A stretch of DNA of 64,000 nt from Lingula anatina (lineage: Eukaryota > Animalia > Brachiopoda): NCBI GenBank assembly GCA_051362555.1, contig CM120641.1, forward strand, positions 21,700,001 to 21,764,000, written 5' to 3'. Within the stretch, counting starts at the first letter, position 1; the number at the start of each line of letters is the position of its first letter. The notes beneath the pieces are model-generated. The model worked only from the letters and a program-made list of their open reading frames with translations. It ran no database searches and was not told where the DNA came from. Position numbers and translations under genes: made by a program. Positions 63,966 to 64,000 of the stretch are shown here, piece after piece.

Positions 63966-64000
63966 CTGGACAAGTCATACATTATGTCACATGTATCACA

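Overview
AT-rich, intron-rich eukaryotic genomic DNA from an invertebrate animal (it looks lophotrochozoan/mollusc-like; species not determinable here). I reconstructed six spliced protein-coding genes by hand from GT-AG boundaries and reading phase: CANT1 apyrase (+), eRF3/GSPT1 (-), LUC7L3 (+), ANKRD40 (-), an expanded prosaposin with 2 SapA and 6 SapB domains (+), and the 3' part of an ACSL1/5/6-type acyl-CoA synthetase (-). Introns and intergenic DNA carry MITEs, a SINE, an RTE LINE remnant and tandem duplications. The most interesting signals cluster in LUC7L3: (i) two tandem, both-intact exons for the 5'-splice-site-reading second zinc finger, only 50 nt apart (candidate mutually exclusive specificity switch); (ii) two consensus 5' splice sites 27 and 97 nt after the stop codon, on either side of the NMD threshold; (iii) a kink-turn-like hairpin in the 3' region. 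Other highlights are an intronic box C/D snoRNA in eRF3 with a 28S rRNA guide, a 134-bp TG..CA element with a 4-bp TSD that carries a complete tRNA cloverleaf, and an orphan saposin exon in prosaposin. All exon models are manual and need RNA-seq confirmation.
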